A stretch of 64,000 nt of DNA from Oscillospiraceae bacterium (GCA_021771635.1 JAETOQ010000006.1:1908-65907); one strand, 5' to 3'. Positions 45,866-56,274 are shown, counted from the stretch's first letter. Notes: generated by a model not told the origin, from the letters alone. Program-made: numbers and translations.

Positions 45866-46114
45866 TTATTCAGTGAGTAAATCATCTGCCGTGACGCCCA
45901 GGGCCTGGGCGATCACCTTCAATTCAATGTCGGTAACAAAGCGGTTTCCGCTCTCGATGCACTGTACGGTATTCTTGGTGACTTCCAGGCCCAAAAGCTG
46001 TAACTTGTCCGCAAATGCCTTCTGGGAGCACTTGGGGCGTATTGCCATGCGCAGCTTTGCAATCTTAAGTCCGCAGATGTTCAGCCGTCCATCCGGCCCC
46101 TTTGTCTTATACAT
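45866..46114 (-). CDS. XRE-family HTH transcriptional regulator (about 82 aa)
   Basis: ICGLKIAKLRMAIRPKCSQKAFADKLQLLGLEVTKNTVQCIESGNR HTH_3-like. Lower GC than its surroundings. Confidence 0.75.
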   Translation of the reverse strand: MYKTKGPDGRLNICGLKIAKLRMAIRPKCSQKAFADKLQLLGLEVTKNTVQCIESGNRFVTDIELKVIAQALGVTADDLLTE

Positions 46115-46217
46115 CATTGTCCCCCTTTGACCTTTTGTGCTTGTCATTGGGGCTATTTTATGGTATGATAGGAGTATAATTGACCAGTACCGCTGGTTTT
46201 TTCAGGGAGGGACCGCA

Positions 46218-46487
46218 ATGGATGACCGACTGGTTTTTTTACAGTGCATGGCAGAGATGATGGAAGAACAGGGGATCGTCTGCAGCTTTGATCACTGTAT
46301 GCCGCGCCTGGACCGGAAGTTTTGGGAGGGCCCGGCGGTATGCCAGCAGACCGAGGACCACAAGCTCCTGGAGAACATCGCCCATTGTCTCCGGCAGAAC
46401 ACCTCTGATTTTTACTGCATCGACCAGATCATCGCCCTGCTGGAGCGGGCCGGGTACTCCACGGTCCCGCGCCACGACTTCGGCTGA
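46218..46487 (+). CDS. small Cys-rich hypothetical protein (89 aa), divergent from the XRE gene
   Basis: AGGGAGGGA RBS. Six Cys residues. No motif recognised. Confidence 0.5.
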   Translation: MDDRLVFLQCMAEMMEEQGIVCSFDHCMPRLDRKFWEGPAVCQQTEDHKLLENIAHCLRQNTSDFYCIDQIIALLERAGYSTVPRHDFG

Positions 46488-46492
46488 AAAGC

Positions 46493-46520
46493 ACGCCCCC
46501 TGTGCCTTTGCACAGGGGGC
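46493..46520. terminator. bidirectional hairpin between the small ORF and ftsH
   Basis: CGCCCCCTGTGC/GCACAGGGGGCG, a 12-bp perfect stem. Confidence 0.7.
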
Positions 46521-46532
46521 GCGTCTATAAAT

Positions 46533-48386
46533 TCAAGGCTCAGCGGGGGCAGATGTCTCGCCGAACACCGCCAGGAACGCTTCCCGCTCCATGGTCTCGT
46601 TGGCCAGCAGGTATTCCGCCACCGCATCCAGCTCGCCGCGCTGGCTCCGCAGGATGGACTCGCACCGCTCATAGGCGGCGTTCACCACGGCTTTCACCTC
46701 GTCGTCGATCTGGGCCGCCACGGCCTCGGAGTAGCTGCGGCCCTGGCTCATGGTGCGGCCGATGAACACCTCGTCATGGCCGGACTCGAAGGAGACCGTG
46801 CCGATCTTCTCGCTCATGCCGTAGGACGCCACCATCTTCCGGGCGATGGCGGTGGCCCGCTGGATGTCGTTGCTGGCGCCGGTGGAGATATCCCCCAGGC
46901 ACAGCTTCTCCGCCACCCGGCCGCCCAGCAGCGCCACGATCTGATCCTCCATATACCGCTTGGAGAGGTAGGAGCGGTCCTCCTCCGGCAGGGAGATGGT
47001 CATGCCGCCCGCCTGCCCCCGGGGGACGATGGTAATCTGGCTCACCGGATCATGGTCCGGCAGGGCGTGCATCACCACGGCGTGGCCCGCCTCATGCCAG
47101 GCGGTCAGCCGCCGCTCGTGCTCCGGGATCACCCGGCTCTTCTTCTCGGGACCGGCGATGACCTTGATCTCCGCCTCTTTCAGGTCCGCCATGGTGATGA
47201 ACCGCTGGTTCTTTCGGGCCGCCAGAAGAGCGCCCTCGTTGATGAGGTTCTCCAGATCCGCGCCGGTGAATCCGGCGGTGCCCTGGGCCAGCTTCTTCAG
47301 GTCCACGTCCTCCGCCAAAGGCTTTTCCCTGGCGTGGACCTTCAGGATCTCCTCCCGGCCCTTAATATCCGGCAGGCCCACGTAGATCTGCCGGTCGAAC
47401 CGGCCTGGGCGCAGCAGGGCGGGGTCCAGCACATCCGCCCGGTTGGTGGCGGCCAGGACCACCACGCCCTCGTTGGCGGCAAAGCCGTCCATCTCCACCA
47501 GCAGCTGATTCAGCGTCTGCTCCCGCTCGTCATGACCGCCGCCCACGCCGGTTCCACGCTGGCGGCCCACGGCGTCGATCTCGTCGATGAATACGATAGC
47601 GGGGGAGGTCTTTTTCGCCTGGTCGAACAGGTCCCGGACCCGGCTGGCGCCCACGCCCACGTACAGCTCCACAAAGTCAGAACCGGAGATGGACAGGAAT
47701 CCCACGCCCGCCTCACCGGCCACGGCCTTGGCCAGCAATGTCTTGCCGGTGCCCGGAGGCCCCACCAGCAGCACGCCCTTGGGGATGCGGGCGCCCAGGG
47801 AGATAAAGCGCTTGGGGTCTTTCAGAAACTCCACGATCTCCTGCAGTTCCTCTTTTTCCTCATCGGCCCCGGCCACGTCGTCAAAGGTGACTTTCTTGTC
47901 CTTGTCGGAGAGGGTGCGTGTCCGGGCGGCGCCGAATTTCGCCATCCGGTCCGCGCCCATGCCGCCGCCCTGGGCGCGGATCACGAAGAAATACAGCATA
48001 AAGCCCAGCAGAAGCGCGGTCAGAATGACCGGAAGCAGGATCTCCAGCCAGTCTCTGGCGGGCGCCGACGGGTAATCGTAGGTGAGAATGCCCTTGGCCT
48101 TCTGTGCCTCCAGCAGCTCGTGCATATCCTCGTAAAAGATTTGAAAATCGTAGATCCTGTACCGGATGGTCTGGCTGCCCTCCACCTCTCTGCGGAGCGT
48201 CAAAACCAGGGTGTGTTCATCGGGAAAGCTGACTTCCTCCACATTTTCCTGTTCAAACTGCTGGCGGATCTCGGAATAATTCAGATGGGGCGCCTTATTG
48301 TCCATCTGCCACACCCAGCTGAAGCACACCAGGATCACCAGCGCCAGAAACAGAAAACTCAGATTGGATCCTCTTTGCTTTGTCAA
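46533..48386 (-). CDS. ftsH: ATP-dependent zinc metalloprotease FtsH
   Basis: [11 protein letters not shown] region and the HEAGHA zinc motif. TTG 48386 has an AAGGAGGG RBS. Confidence 0.95.
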   Translation of the reverse strand: MTKQRGSNLSFLFLALVILVCFSWVWQMDNKAPHLNYSEIRQQFEQENVEEVSFPDEHTLVLTLRREVEGSQTIRYRIYDFQIFYEDMHELLEAQKAKGILTYDYPSAPARDWLEILLPVILTALLLGFMLYFFVIRAQGGGMGADRMAKFGAARTRTLSDKDKKVTFDDVAGADEEKEELQEIVEFLKDPKRFISLGARIPKGVLLVGPPGTGKTLLAKAVAGEAGVGFLSISGSDFVELYVGVGASRVRDLFDQAKKTSPAIVFIDEIDAVGRQRGTGVGGGHDEREQTLNQLLVEMDGFAANEGVVVLAATNRADVLDPALLRPGRFDRQIYVGLPDIKGREEILKVHAREKPLAEDVDLKKLAQGTAGFTGADLENLINEGALLAARKNQRFITMADLKEAEIKVIAGPEKKSRVIPEHERRLTAWHEAGHAVVMHALPDHDPVSQITIVPRGQAGGMTISLPEEDRSYLSKRYMEDQIVALLGGRVAEKLCLGDISTGASNDIQRATAIARKMVASYGMSEKIGTVSFESGHDEVFIGRTMSQGRSYSEAVAAQIDDEVKAVVNAAYERCESILRSQRGELDAVAEYLLANETMEREAFLAVFGETSAPAEP

Positions 48387-48475
48387 ACAAGTCCCTCCTT
48401 TGGGAGTATTGCCGTCTTTATGATAAAAATGGCTCCGTGGTCTCAAGCCCGCGATCCGGGGCCGGCGCCCCGGCC

Positions 48476-48561
48476 GGCCTCACTTGGAATAGACCTCCGG
48501 CTTCAGCACGCCGATGTACGGCATGTTGCGGTACTGCTGGCAGTAGTCCAGGCCATAGCCC
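48476..48561 (-). pseudogene. orphan duplicate of the hpt 3' end (last 27 codons plus stop)
   Basis: 86 bp identical to 48709-48794. Separated from the intact hpt by a 147-bp hairpin cassette (48562-48708). Confidence 0.9.
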
Positions 48562-48712
48562 CTTCCCACCGGACAAGTCCGGCGGGAGCCCTTTGAGATC
48601 TTTCCAACCAGGCCGAAATGAATCCGGCCTGGTTCGAGGTTTTGCTTTCCGCAAAACCCTCGTACGCCGTACCCGGCGGTCCCGCTCTGCGGGACCGTGG
48701 TGGTCTATGGCC

Positions 48713-49264
48713 TCACTTGGAATAGACCTCCGGCTTCAGCACGCCGATGTACGGCATGTTGCGGTACTGCTGGCAGTAGTCCAGGCCATAGCCCACCACG
48801 AATTCATCGGGCACCACAAAGCCCGCCAGATCCGCGGTGACAGCCTTGGTGCGGCGGGAGGGCTTATCCAGCAGGGTGACGATGGTGATGGACGCGGCGC
48901 CCTTGGCCTTGAAGTAATCCCGCAAAAACGCCAGGGTGTTGCCGGAGTCCAGAATGTCCTCCACGATGATCAGGTGCCGCCCAGTGATATCCTGCTGGAT
49001 GTCATGATTGATCTTCACCCGGCCGGAGGACACGGTGGCGTTCTCGTAGGAGCTGACGGCGATGAACTCCACATCGCTCTTCAGCTGGCAGGCCCGGACC
49101 AGGTCCGCCATGAACACGAAGGAGCCCTTCAGTACGCTGAGAAACAGCGGGTCCTTGCCCTGGAACTTCTCATACAGCGCGTCACCCATCTCCGCGATGC
49201 GGGCCTTGATCTCCTCCTCCGTCACCAGGACTTTCAGGATGTCGTTTTCCATCTCACTTCTCAT
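48713..49264 (-). CDS. hpt: hypoxanthine phosphoribosyltransferase
   Basis: PRPP motif LIIVEDILDSGNTL. The start may be 49264 or 49252. Confidence 0.9.
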   Translation of the reverse strand: MRSEMENDILKVLVTEEEIKARIAEMGDALYEKFQGKDPLFLSVLKGSFVFMADLVRACQLKSDVEFIAVSSYENATVSSGRVKINHDIQQDITGRHLIIVEDILDSGNTLAFLRDYFKAKGAASITIVTLLDKPSRRTKAVTADLAGFVVPDEFVVGYGLDYCQQYRNMPYIGVLKPEVYSK

Positions 49265-50597
49265 GGTCGTTCTCCTCTGTCTGTTTGATTTGAATGAACC
49301 GGCAGGTCTCACCCTCCGGCAGGAATTCCGTATCCACGCCCAGCCGCCACACCGCGGCAAGGCGGCCATCCGCATAGATGGCAGGCAGGCGGTCCCGCTC
49401 CTCCAGCGGAATATGCCGCTCCAGGCACAGCCGCTTGACGCTGCGTCCGCCCCTGGCCCCCGGCAGTGTCAGCCGGTCCCCCGGCGCCACAGGGGCCACG
49501 GTGACGGTGCCGCTTTCCCATTCTCTCCGGTCCCGCAGCGCCAGGCCCCCGCCCTCCCTGCGGTCCATCAGTGTCAGGATGCAGTCCCCCCAGCGGAGAG
49601 GCGTGTCCGGGCACAGCTCTGTCTGTTCCAGTATCTCCCGGCGGCTGATGGAGAGGGTGTCCCCCAGCCTTCGGGCTGTCAGGCCGTAGGGCAGCCGCAC
49701 TTCTCCCGCGCCCCGCTCCGCAAGGTCCAGCACCGCCTCCACATGGGCCGCCGTAAAATCCTTTCGGCGGCCGGCGGCGGCGGCCAGCATCTGCATCACC
49801 GTCCGTTCCGCCAGCGCGGGCGGCACATCCAGCAGCACCCGGCAGGAGACGGATACGTCCTCTTCCGCGGCGGCCCGCTCCAGCAGTCCCGCCGCCAGAC
49901 GCTCCATGCCCTCGTTCTCCCGGCTCAAAATGCCCGCCGCAGCGCTCATATTCTCCACAGCGCGGCCATTCAGCTGCCGCAGCACCGGCAGCACTTTGTG
50001 CCGCAGGATATTGCGGGCCGCGTCATCCAGTTCGTTGGTCTCGTCCTCCACATGGGGGACACCGTGGGCGGCGGCGTAGCCCACCAGCTGTTCCCGTCCG
50101 ATCCTCAAAAGGGGCCGGTAAATTCTGCCCCGTATCTGTGGGATCCCCGCCAGGCCCGCCGATCCGGTGCCCCGGATCAGATTCAGCAGCATGGTCTCCG
50201 CGTTGTCGTCAGCGTGGTGGGCGGTAAAAATGGCGTCAAATCCGCCGCTTTTCGCCGTCTCCTCCAAAAAGGCGTACCGCAGCATCCGGGCTGCCTCCTC
50301 AATCGTCCGCCCCTCCCGCTGTGCCAGGCCCCTGGTATCTCCCCGCCCGACAGCAAGCGGAATGCCCCTGGCGGCGCACCAGCCCCGGACAAAAGCCTCG
50401 TCCCGGTCCGCCGCCTCACCTCGCAGCTGGTGGTTAAAATGGGCGGCAGTCACGGAGAAGTCCCTCTGGCGGCACAGGAGATCCAGCAGGCACATGGAGT
50501 CCAGTCCCCCGGACACGGCGCACAGCACCTTTCCCCCCGTGGGGAAATGCTTCTGCAAAAATGTCCTGGCGGAGATCAGCTCACTCGTCATCGTCAT
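49254..50597 (-). CDS. tilS: tRNA(Ile)-lysidine synthetase
   Basis: PP-loop VSGGLDSMCLL. Start near 50597/50591, overlapping the dnaB end. Confidence 0.9.
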   Translation of the reverse strand: MTMTSELISARTFLQKHFPTGGKVLCAVSGGLDSMCLLDLLCRQRDFSVTAAHFNHQLRGEAADRDEAFVRGWCAARGIPLAVGRGDTRGLAQREGRTIEEAARMLRYAFLEETAKSGGFDAIFTAHHADDNAETMLLNLIRGTGSAGLAGIPQIRGRIYRPLLRIGREQLVGYAAAHGVPHVEDETNELDDAARNILRHKVLPVLRQLNGRAVENMSAAAGILSRENEGMERLAAGLLERAAAEEDVSVSCRVLLDVPPALAERTVMQMLAAAAGRRKDFTAAHVEAVLDLAERGAGEVRLPYGLTARRLGDTLSISRREILEQTELCPDTPLRWGDCILTLMDRREGGGLALRDRREWESGTVTVAPVAPGDRLTLPGARGGRSVKRLCLERHIPLEERDRLPAIYADGRLAAVWRLGVDTEFLPEGETCRFIQIKQTEENDHEK

Positions 50598-51942
50598 AGC
50601 GTCTGTCCAATGTGGAGAAGGTCGTATATTCAGGCATCCAGCGCAGCTCCACCTTGCCGGTCTCGCCATGGCGGTTCTTCGCCACGATGCACTCGGCGAT
50701 GTTGTGCTTATCGGAGTCCTCATTATAATAGTCGTCCCGGTACAAAAACAGAACGATATCCGCGTCCTGCTCGATGGCGCCGGATTCCCGGAGGTCCGAC
50801 AGCATGGGCCGCTTGTCGTCCCGCTTTTCATTGGCACGGCTGAGCTGGCTCAGGCAGATCACAGGTACATCCAGGTCCTTGGCCATGATTTTCAGCATAC
50901 GGGAGATATCGGAAACCACCTGTTGGCGGTTCTCACCGCCGCGGGTCTGTCCTCCGGCGGAGGTCATCAGCTGCAGGTAGTCGATCACGATCAGCCCCAG
51001 GCTGTCGTTGCTGTTCAGGCGGCGGCACTTGGCCTGCATGTCCGCCACGGAGAGCAGGGGGTTGTCATCGATGCGGATATCCAGCTTATTCAGGATCGTG
51101 GCGGCGCCGGCGATCTTCTCCCAGTCGGTCTCCCGCAGGTAGCCGGTCTTGAGGCGGTTGTTCTCCACCAGTGCCTCGGAGGACAGCAGGCGGGTGGCCA
51201 GCTGCTCCCGGGACATTTCCAGTGAGAAGACCGCCACCGTTTTTTGGGCGCTCTTTGCCACGTTCAAAGCGATGTTCAGCGCGAAGGAGGTCTTGCCCAT
51301 GCCGGGACGGGCGGCCACCAGGATCAGGTCGGACTTGTTCAATCCGGTGATCTTCTGGTCCACGGCGGAGAGGCCGGTGGAGAGGCCGGGCAGGTGGTTT
51401 TCGTTTTCGCTCATTTCGCTCAGGCGGTCCAGCACATCCGGCAGGACCTGCCGCAGGGGCACCATGTCCTGGGCGCTCTGGCCCCGGCGGATGGCATACA
51501 CTTTCTGTTCCGCAATATCCAGGATCTTGCCCGCCTCGCCGGTGCCCTCCTGCACCAGCGCCGTGATCTCCGACGCGGCCTGGGCCACGCCCCGCAGCAG
51601 GGCCTTGTCCCGGACGATCGCCGCATACTCCATCACATTGGCGCTGGTGGGGGTGATCTCCATCAGCTGGGCCAGGTAGGAGCGGGTGGTGTTCTCATCG
51701 TAGGTGCCGGCCTTCTGCATCTCCTCGCAGACGGTGATGCCGTCGATGGGCTTGGCATAGGAGAACATGGAATAGATGGTCTCAAAGATCTCCCGGTTCT
51801 GCCGCAGATAAAAGTCCGACGGGCGCAGCTTGTCCATCACGTCCTTGACGCAGTCGGGATCAATGAGCATGGAGCCGAGAACGGCCTGTTCGCCCTCCAG
51901 GCTGTGGGGCATTTGCCGTGTCAGCAGATCTTCTATTGCCAT
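50581..51942 (-). CDS. dnaB: replicative DNA helicase
   Basis: EGEQAVLGSML N-domain, Walker A ARPGMGKTSF and DYLQLM. Start at MAIEDLL (51942). Confidence 0.95.
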   Translation of the reverse strand: MAIEDLLTRQMPHSLEGEQAVLGSMLIDPDCVKDVMDKLRPSDFYLRQNREIFETIYSMFSYAKPIDGITVCEEMQKAGTYDENTTRSYLAQLMEITPTSANVMEYAAIVRDKALLRGVAQAASEITALVQEGTGEAGKILDIAEQKVYAIRRGQSAQDMVPLRQVLPDVLDRLSEMSENENHLPGLSTGLSAVDQKITGLNKSDLILVAARPGMGKTSFALNIALNVAKSAQKTVAVFSLEMSREQLATRLLSSEALVENNRLKTGYLRETDWEKIAGAATILNKLDIRIDDNPLLSVADMQAKCRRLNSNDSLGLIVIDYLQLMTSAGGQTRGGENRQQVVSDISRMLKIMAKDLDVPVICLSQLSRANEKRDDKRPMLSDLRESGAIEQDADIVLFLYRDDYYNEDSDKHNIAECIVAKNRHGETGKVELRWMPEYTTFSTLDRRYDDDE

Positions 51943-52646
51943 GGGAGAACCTCCTTTGTGTTCCCTGACAGGGAACGGGGGATTTGCACGGCTTTGCCGT
52001 GCGGACATGTTTCACCGTCGCGGCGATACGATTCCCGGCCCCCGCCAGGGGCCGCCAATCGTGCCGCTTCCTCGAAACGGACTCGCTTCATCCGCCGCTG
52101 GCGGCGCTTCGCCCATTTCCCCCATTTTCTTTTCGTCTTGCCGAAAAGGAAACGGCCGTGCACGGTCCAAAAGAAAGGCGCTTTATGACCAACTTTGTCC
52201 CAAAAGGGGGAAAGTTGGACGACGGGAGTTGTTGGTTAGGTGTGCCACCAGGTCCGGGAGGCTTTTACCGAGTGCGCCGGACAGGGTACGGGGGTAGGGG
52301 TGCTGCTCCGCATTTGGGAGCACGAGGCCAGCGGCAGGGGCCTTGCGTTGACCGCCCCGGCTTTTTACCGCACCGCCAAATGCGGGGAAGCAAGGGCCGA
52401 TGTAGGCATCGGCCCCTACGAACTGCTTGGTACGGCGCACCCGGCAGAAAGCCGGCGATCCTCCACCGCACCGACTCGCTCGACTCCCGTTTTAAGCAAA
52501 TAAGGCGTGAAGCGCCGTTTTGCGCCTAAGCGCCTTTCTTTTCCACCGGGCGCGGCGGCTTTTCTTTGGGCACACCCCAAAGAAAAGCGGGGGCGCATCC
52601 TACCCGGACAGGGCCACCTGGCGGGAGCCAAATCCCCCTGCGGCTG
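51943..52646. repeat. about 700-bp non-coding, hairpin-dense tract upstream of dnaB
   Basis: At least 8 perfect or near-perfect stems, e.g. GGGCCGATG/CATCGGCCC and CTTTTCTTTGGG/CCCAAAGAAAAG. 52013-52041 matches 29199-29227 at 26/29. Confidence 0.7.
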
Positions 52647-52859
52647 TCAGTCGCATGCACCGCTCCGCCCCACAAGCTCGTCCAGCGTCACTTTAAAATA
52701 ATCTGCCAATGCGATCAATTTGTCAATATTCGGCTCATGAATGCCTTTTTCATAATTCTGATAAGTCGTCACGCTGACATCCAGATATTCCGCCAGTTCC
52801 CTTTGATAGATTCTTTGCTTTGTACGCAGTTCTTTCAAATTTTTCGCAAAATGATTCAT
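52647..52859 (-). CDS. XRE-family HTH transcriptional regulator (70 aa)
   Basis: NLKELRTKQRIYQRELAEYLDVSVTTYQNYEKG HTH_3 signature. Confidence 0.8.
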   Translation of the reverse strand: MNHFAKNLKELRTKQRIYQRELAEYLDVSVTTYQNYEKGIHEPNIDKLIALADYFKVTLDELVGRSGACD

Positions 52860-52875
52860 TCGGCACCTCTTGACA

Positions 52876-52911
52876 CCATATTTTCTATATGTTAACATGT
52901 AGAAAATATGG
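52876..52911. promoter_or_regulatory. 36-bp near-perfect palindrome (candidate operator) in the divergent promoter region
   Basis: CCATATTTTCTA-TATGTTAACATG-TAGAAAATATGG with 12-bp perfect arms. A TTGACA -35 lies at 52870-52875. Confidence 0.7.
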
Positions 52912-52927
52912 TATTGGAGTTGATTCT

Positions 52928-53182
52928 ATGTCAGATTTAATGCAAGCCCTGCTGGAGTACACCGAGCGTACCCGCCTGCCGGACCTGCTCTACGCAAACG
53001 GCTACTGGTCCGCCGCCCGCCAGTCGGAATCCCGCTGGGAACAGTTCCGTGAAACGCTGAGCGCGGAGCAGAGCGGCCGCCTGGAGGCCCTGCTGGCCCA
53101 GGAAAACGCGCTCCGCGCCAGAGAAGTGGAAGCCACGTTCCAGTCCGGCGTGTCCCTGGGCCTGGAACTGGGCCGTCTCTGA
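52928..53182 (+). CDS. small helical hypothetical protein (84 aa) divergent from the XRE gene
   Basis: MSDLMQALLEYTER...FQSGVSLGLELGRL. Its layout resembles small proteins commonly paired with XRE regulators in Clostridia mobile DNA (recollection, not searched). Confidence 0.5.
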   Translation: MSDLMQALLEYTERTRLPDLLYANGYWSAARQSESRWEQFRETLSAEQSGRLEALLAQENALRAREVEATFQSGVSLGLELGRL

Positions 53183-53191
53183 TTTATACTA

Positions 53192-53352
53192 GGGAACCTC
53201 TGAATAAATTCCCGCACGCATCTTCACGCCATAAATTCCCCCTGATCTGCGTCAGAAAACCTTGAAATCCGCCATATGGCAAGGAAAAACGACGCAGTAC
53301 GGCGGGAAAAAGACCGCTCAGACGGCGTTCAACGGTTGTGAATACAGGTTCT
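53192..53352 (-). mobile_element. Family F MITE-like element, copy 2 of 2 (one terminus degenerate)
   Basis: 53275-53352 is the reverse complement of 11662-11740 with few mismatches. Same length class (161 vs 162 bp). Ends 5 bp before the rplI stop. Confidence 0.8.
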
Positions 53353-53357
53353 TAGTA

Positions 53358-53807
53358 TTACTTCTCCTCAAACACGGACACGTACACCGTGGCGCTGACC
53401 TCAAAGCCCAGCTTGGCCTTGACCTGATAGGAGCCGAATGCCTTGATGGGCTCATCCAGCACCAGCTTCTGCTTGGGGATCTCCACGCCGTACTGGGCCT
53501 TCAGGCCGTCGGAGATCTCCTTGGTGGTGACGGCGCCGAAGAGCTTGCCGCCGTTGCCGGCCCTGGCGGTCAGCTTCACCTGGCACTCCTTCAGCTTTTC
53601 GGCGATGGCCTGGGCCTCGGCCTTCTGGCGGGCCTCTTCAGCCCTGCGGGCCTTTTCCTTCAGGTTCATGGTGTTGATGGCGTCCGCCGTGGCGGCGATG
53701 GCCAGCTTCCGGGGCAGGAGGAAGTTGCGGGCATAGCCCTCGGAGACCTCCACCATCTGGCCCTTCTTGCCCTGGCCCTTCACATCCTGCTGTAAAATCA
53801 CTTTCAT
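53358..53807 (-). CDS. rplI: 50S ribosomal protein L9
   Basis: [36 protein letters not shown] signature. Confidence 0.95.
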   Translation of the reverse strand: MKVILQQDVKGQGKKGQMVEVSEGYARNFLLPRKLAIAATADAINTMNLKEKARRAEEARQKAEAQAIAEKLKECQVKLTARAGNGGKLFGAVTTKEISDGLKAQYGVEIPKQKLVLDEPIKAFGSYQVKAKLGFEVSATVYVSVFEEK

Positions 53808-53836
53808 GGGAATATCTCCTTTATTATGATCAGTTT

Positions 53837-55831
53837 TTATTTCTCAAAATACGCGTCGATGGCCTCGGTCAGCTGTTCCCGCACATCCAGCACGTCGCTG
53901 TTTTCCACCCGGCCTCCGGCGGTGGTGGAGTTTCCGCCGCCGCCCAGGGCCTCCAGGATGACCTGGACATTGACCTCACCCAGCGAGCGTGCGGACATCT
54001 GCACGCTTTCGCCGCTGCGGTAGACCACAAAGGACGCCTTCACGCCCTTCAGTGTCAGCAGCTCGTCGGCCGCCTGGGCCGCCGTCACCCGGTCCACCCC
54101 GTCCTGGGGGACCACCGCCAGGGCGATGTCCTCCCGGTACAGCTCCGCCCGGCGGATGATGTCGTAGCGGGAGACCATGTCGCTCAGATCATTCTGGAAC
54201 AGGCGCTGGACGTCCGCCGTATCAGCGCCCGCCCGGCGCAGGAATGCCGCCGCCTCAAAGGTGCGGCCGCCGGTGCGGAGGGTAAAGTGCTTGGTGTCCA
54301 GAACGATGCCGGCAAGCAATGCCTCCGCCTCCTCCCGCATCAGGTCGGCGGGGTCCACCAGGTATTGCAGCAGCTCCGTCACCAGCTCGGATGCGGAGGA
54401 CGCATAGGGCTCGTGGAAGCTGAAGGCGGCGTTTTCGATGTAGCTGGCCGCCCGGCGGTGATGGTCGATGACCGCCACCCGGTTGCAGGACTCCAGCAGC
54501 TGGGGACTCTCCACAATATCGGGCCGGTTGGTATCCACCACCACCAGCAGCGCGCCGGGACGCATTTTCAAAAACGCCTCTCCCGCGGGAATGAACACAT
54601 CCTCATACTCCGGCAGCGCCCGCAGGCGTGTCAGAACGGCCTGGGCTGCGTTGTGCTCCAGATCGATGACGATCTGGGCCTTTTTGCCCCGTTTCCGGGC
54701 GGCGCAGCACATGCCCACGGCGGCGCCCACAGCGTCCATGTCCGCGTAGCTGTGGCCCATGACATAGACCTGCTCCGCGTCCGCCAGCAGCTCGCTGAGG
54801 GCGTTGGCCATGACCCGGGACTTGACCTTGGTGCGCTTTTCGGTGGTCTTGGCCCGGCCGCCGTAAAACGCGAAATCCGTCTTGTTCCGCACAACGGCCT
54901 GGTCTCCGCCCCGGCTGAGCGCCATCTCCAGGGAGAGGTTGGCGTTCTTGTACAGCTCCGGAATGCTGGCGGTATCCCGGCCGATGCCGATGGAGAGCGT
55001 GGGATGTGTCCCCTCTCCCACCTTGATATCCCGGATGGCGTCCAGGACGGAAAATTTCTCCTCCACAAAGTACTCGTAGTGCTGTTCCTCAAACATAAAG
55101 AGGTAGCGGTCCCGCTCGGTCTTCAGCAGAAGGCCCTCGCCTGCGGCGGCCCACTTGTTCAGCTTCTCGTCGATCTGCGCCAGCACGGCGCTGCGCTGGG
55201 TGTCCGCGCAGGCTTTCATCAGGTCCTCGTAATTGTCCACCATCAGCAGCGCCAGCACGGGGCGGGTGGCGGTGTAGGTCTCCCTCAGCTCGTCGCCCTC
55301 GGTGGTGTCCACCCAGTAGGTGGTGGCCACCAGATTCTGCTCCCCATTGCGGCCCTTGGCCCGGACCAGGCTCCCGTACACCCGGAAGCGGCGGCTGTTC
55401 ATCAGCACGCGGGCCGGGCACTCCTGCTTTCCCTCCAGCAGCCACTGGACCGGGAAATCCGGCACCGCGTCCTCCACCTTCATCTCAAACAGATGCTCCC
55501 GCACGCCTGCCAGCTGGAGGAAGTTTTCATTGCTCCAAATGACCTCTCCGGTGTCGGGCCGGAACACCATGATGGGCAGCGGGGAGTTGATGAGCGTGGA
55601 TTTGCTGGCGGTGTCCACGCTGCCGGTCACGCTGTCGATATACTGCAGGATCCCCTGGCGGCGTTTTTTGCCGGCCTGTCTGGAATAGAGATACAGTGCC
55701 ACCGTGGCGCAGCACTCCGCTGCGGCCAGCAGGGGGCTCACCGTCACGGCGGCCAGGGAAAATGCCACCAGGCACAGGAAGTACAGCTGCAAATTGGGTT
55801 CCAGCAACCGGGAGAGTTTTTTATTATTCAT
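53837..55831 (-). CDS. gdpP: GdpP/YybT-type DHH-DHHA1 phosphodiesterase (cyclic-di-AMP phosphodiesterase family)
   Basis: Two N-terminal TM helices, a degenerate GGDEF-like middle and DHH motifs ([17 protein letters not shown]). Conserved yybT-rplI-dnaB synteny. Confidence 0.85.
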   Translation of the reverse strand: MNNKKLSRLLEPNLQLYFLCLVAFSLAAVTVSPLLAAAECCATVALYLYSRQAGKKRRQGILQYIDSVTGSVDTASKSTLINSPLPIMVFRPDTGEVIWSNENFLQLAGVREHLFEMKVEDAVPDFPVQWLLEGKQECPARVLMNSRRFRVYGSLVRAKGRNGEQNLVATTYWVDTTEGDELRETYTATRPVLALLMVDNYEDLMKACADTQRSAVLAQIDEKLNKWAAAGEGLLLKTERDRYLFMFEEQHYEYFVEEKFSVLDAIRDIKVGEGTHPTLSIGIGRDTASIPELYKNANLSLEMALSRGGDQAVVRNKTDFAFYGGRAKTTEKRTKVKSRVMANALSELLADAEQVYVMGHSYADMDAVGAAVGMCCAARKRGKKAQIVIDLEHNAAQAVLTRLRALPEYEDVFIPAGEAFLKMRPGALLVVVDTNRPDIVESPQLLESCNRVAVIDHHRRAASYIENAAFSFHEPYASSASELVTELLQYLVDPADLMREEAEALLAGIVLDTKHFTLRTGGRTFEAAAFLRRAGADTADVQRLFQNDLSDMVSRYDIIRRAELYREDIALAVVPQDGVDRVTAAQAADELLTLKGVKASFVVYRSGESVQMSARSLGEVNVQVILEALGGGGNSTTAGGRVENSDVLDVREQLTEAIDAYFEK

Positions 55832-55868
55832 ACCAAAAGCTCCTTCTACCGGAAAACATACTGATACT

Positions 55869-55993
55869 AATTCTTGGTAAAACGGTTAAACCGTTTTATA
55901 GGGCCGCATTCTGCGGCCCTACGGCGAAGCCGTCAAGAATGACGTCCATACGCTTCTTGGCGCGCCGCAGGCGCGGCGGCGTGTAAACGCCGC
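55869..55993 (+). repeat. Family D hairpin repeat, copy 1 (left arm of an inverted pair)
   Basis: Aligns with the reverse complement of 56639-56761, sharing the hairpins AAAACGG../..CCGTTTT, GGGCCGCATTCTGCGGCCC and GCGGCGTGTAAACGCCGC. Confidence 0.85.
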
Positions 55994-56112
55994 AATAAAA
56001 AGGTTTTTAAACCTTTTTATCAAGAAACAGTATGATAGATTTTATTAGTATAGCATTTTCCTTCAAAAGAAGCAAGAGCGATACGCCTCCGGAATGGGAA
56101 AAGAGCGCGGTG

Positions 56113-56274
56113 TCACCCGCGCTCTTTCTTGTCAATGGCCCGGAGGGAGGCCTCCCCCGCGAAGCGGAACAGCGCGTCGGCCATCACCTGCTCCGCCGTC
56201 TTTCCCACCCGGGCGCCGATCTTCCGGTAAAATTCATAGAGGGTCTCCTCCATCCACAGCTCTGTCTTTTTCAT
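56113..56274 (-). CDS. small ribbon-helix-helix-like protein (53 aa)
   Basis: Strong GGAGGTG RBS. The beta-alpha-alpha pattern KTELWMEETLYEFYRKIGARVGKTAEQVMADALFRF suggests a CopG/RHH fold (inference). Confidence 0.45.
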   Translation of the reverse strand: MKKTELWMEETLYEFYRKIGARVGKTAEQVMADALFRFAGEASLRAIDKKERG

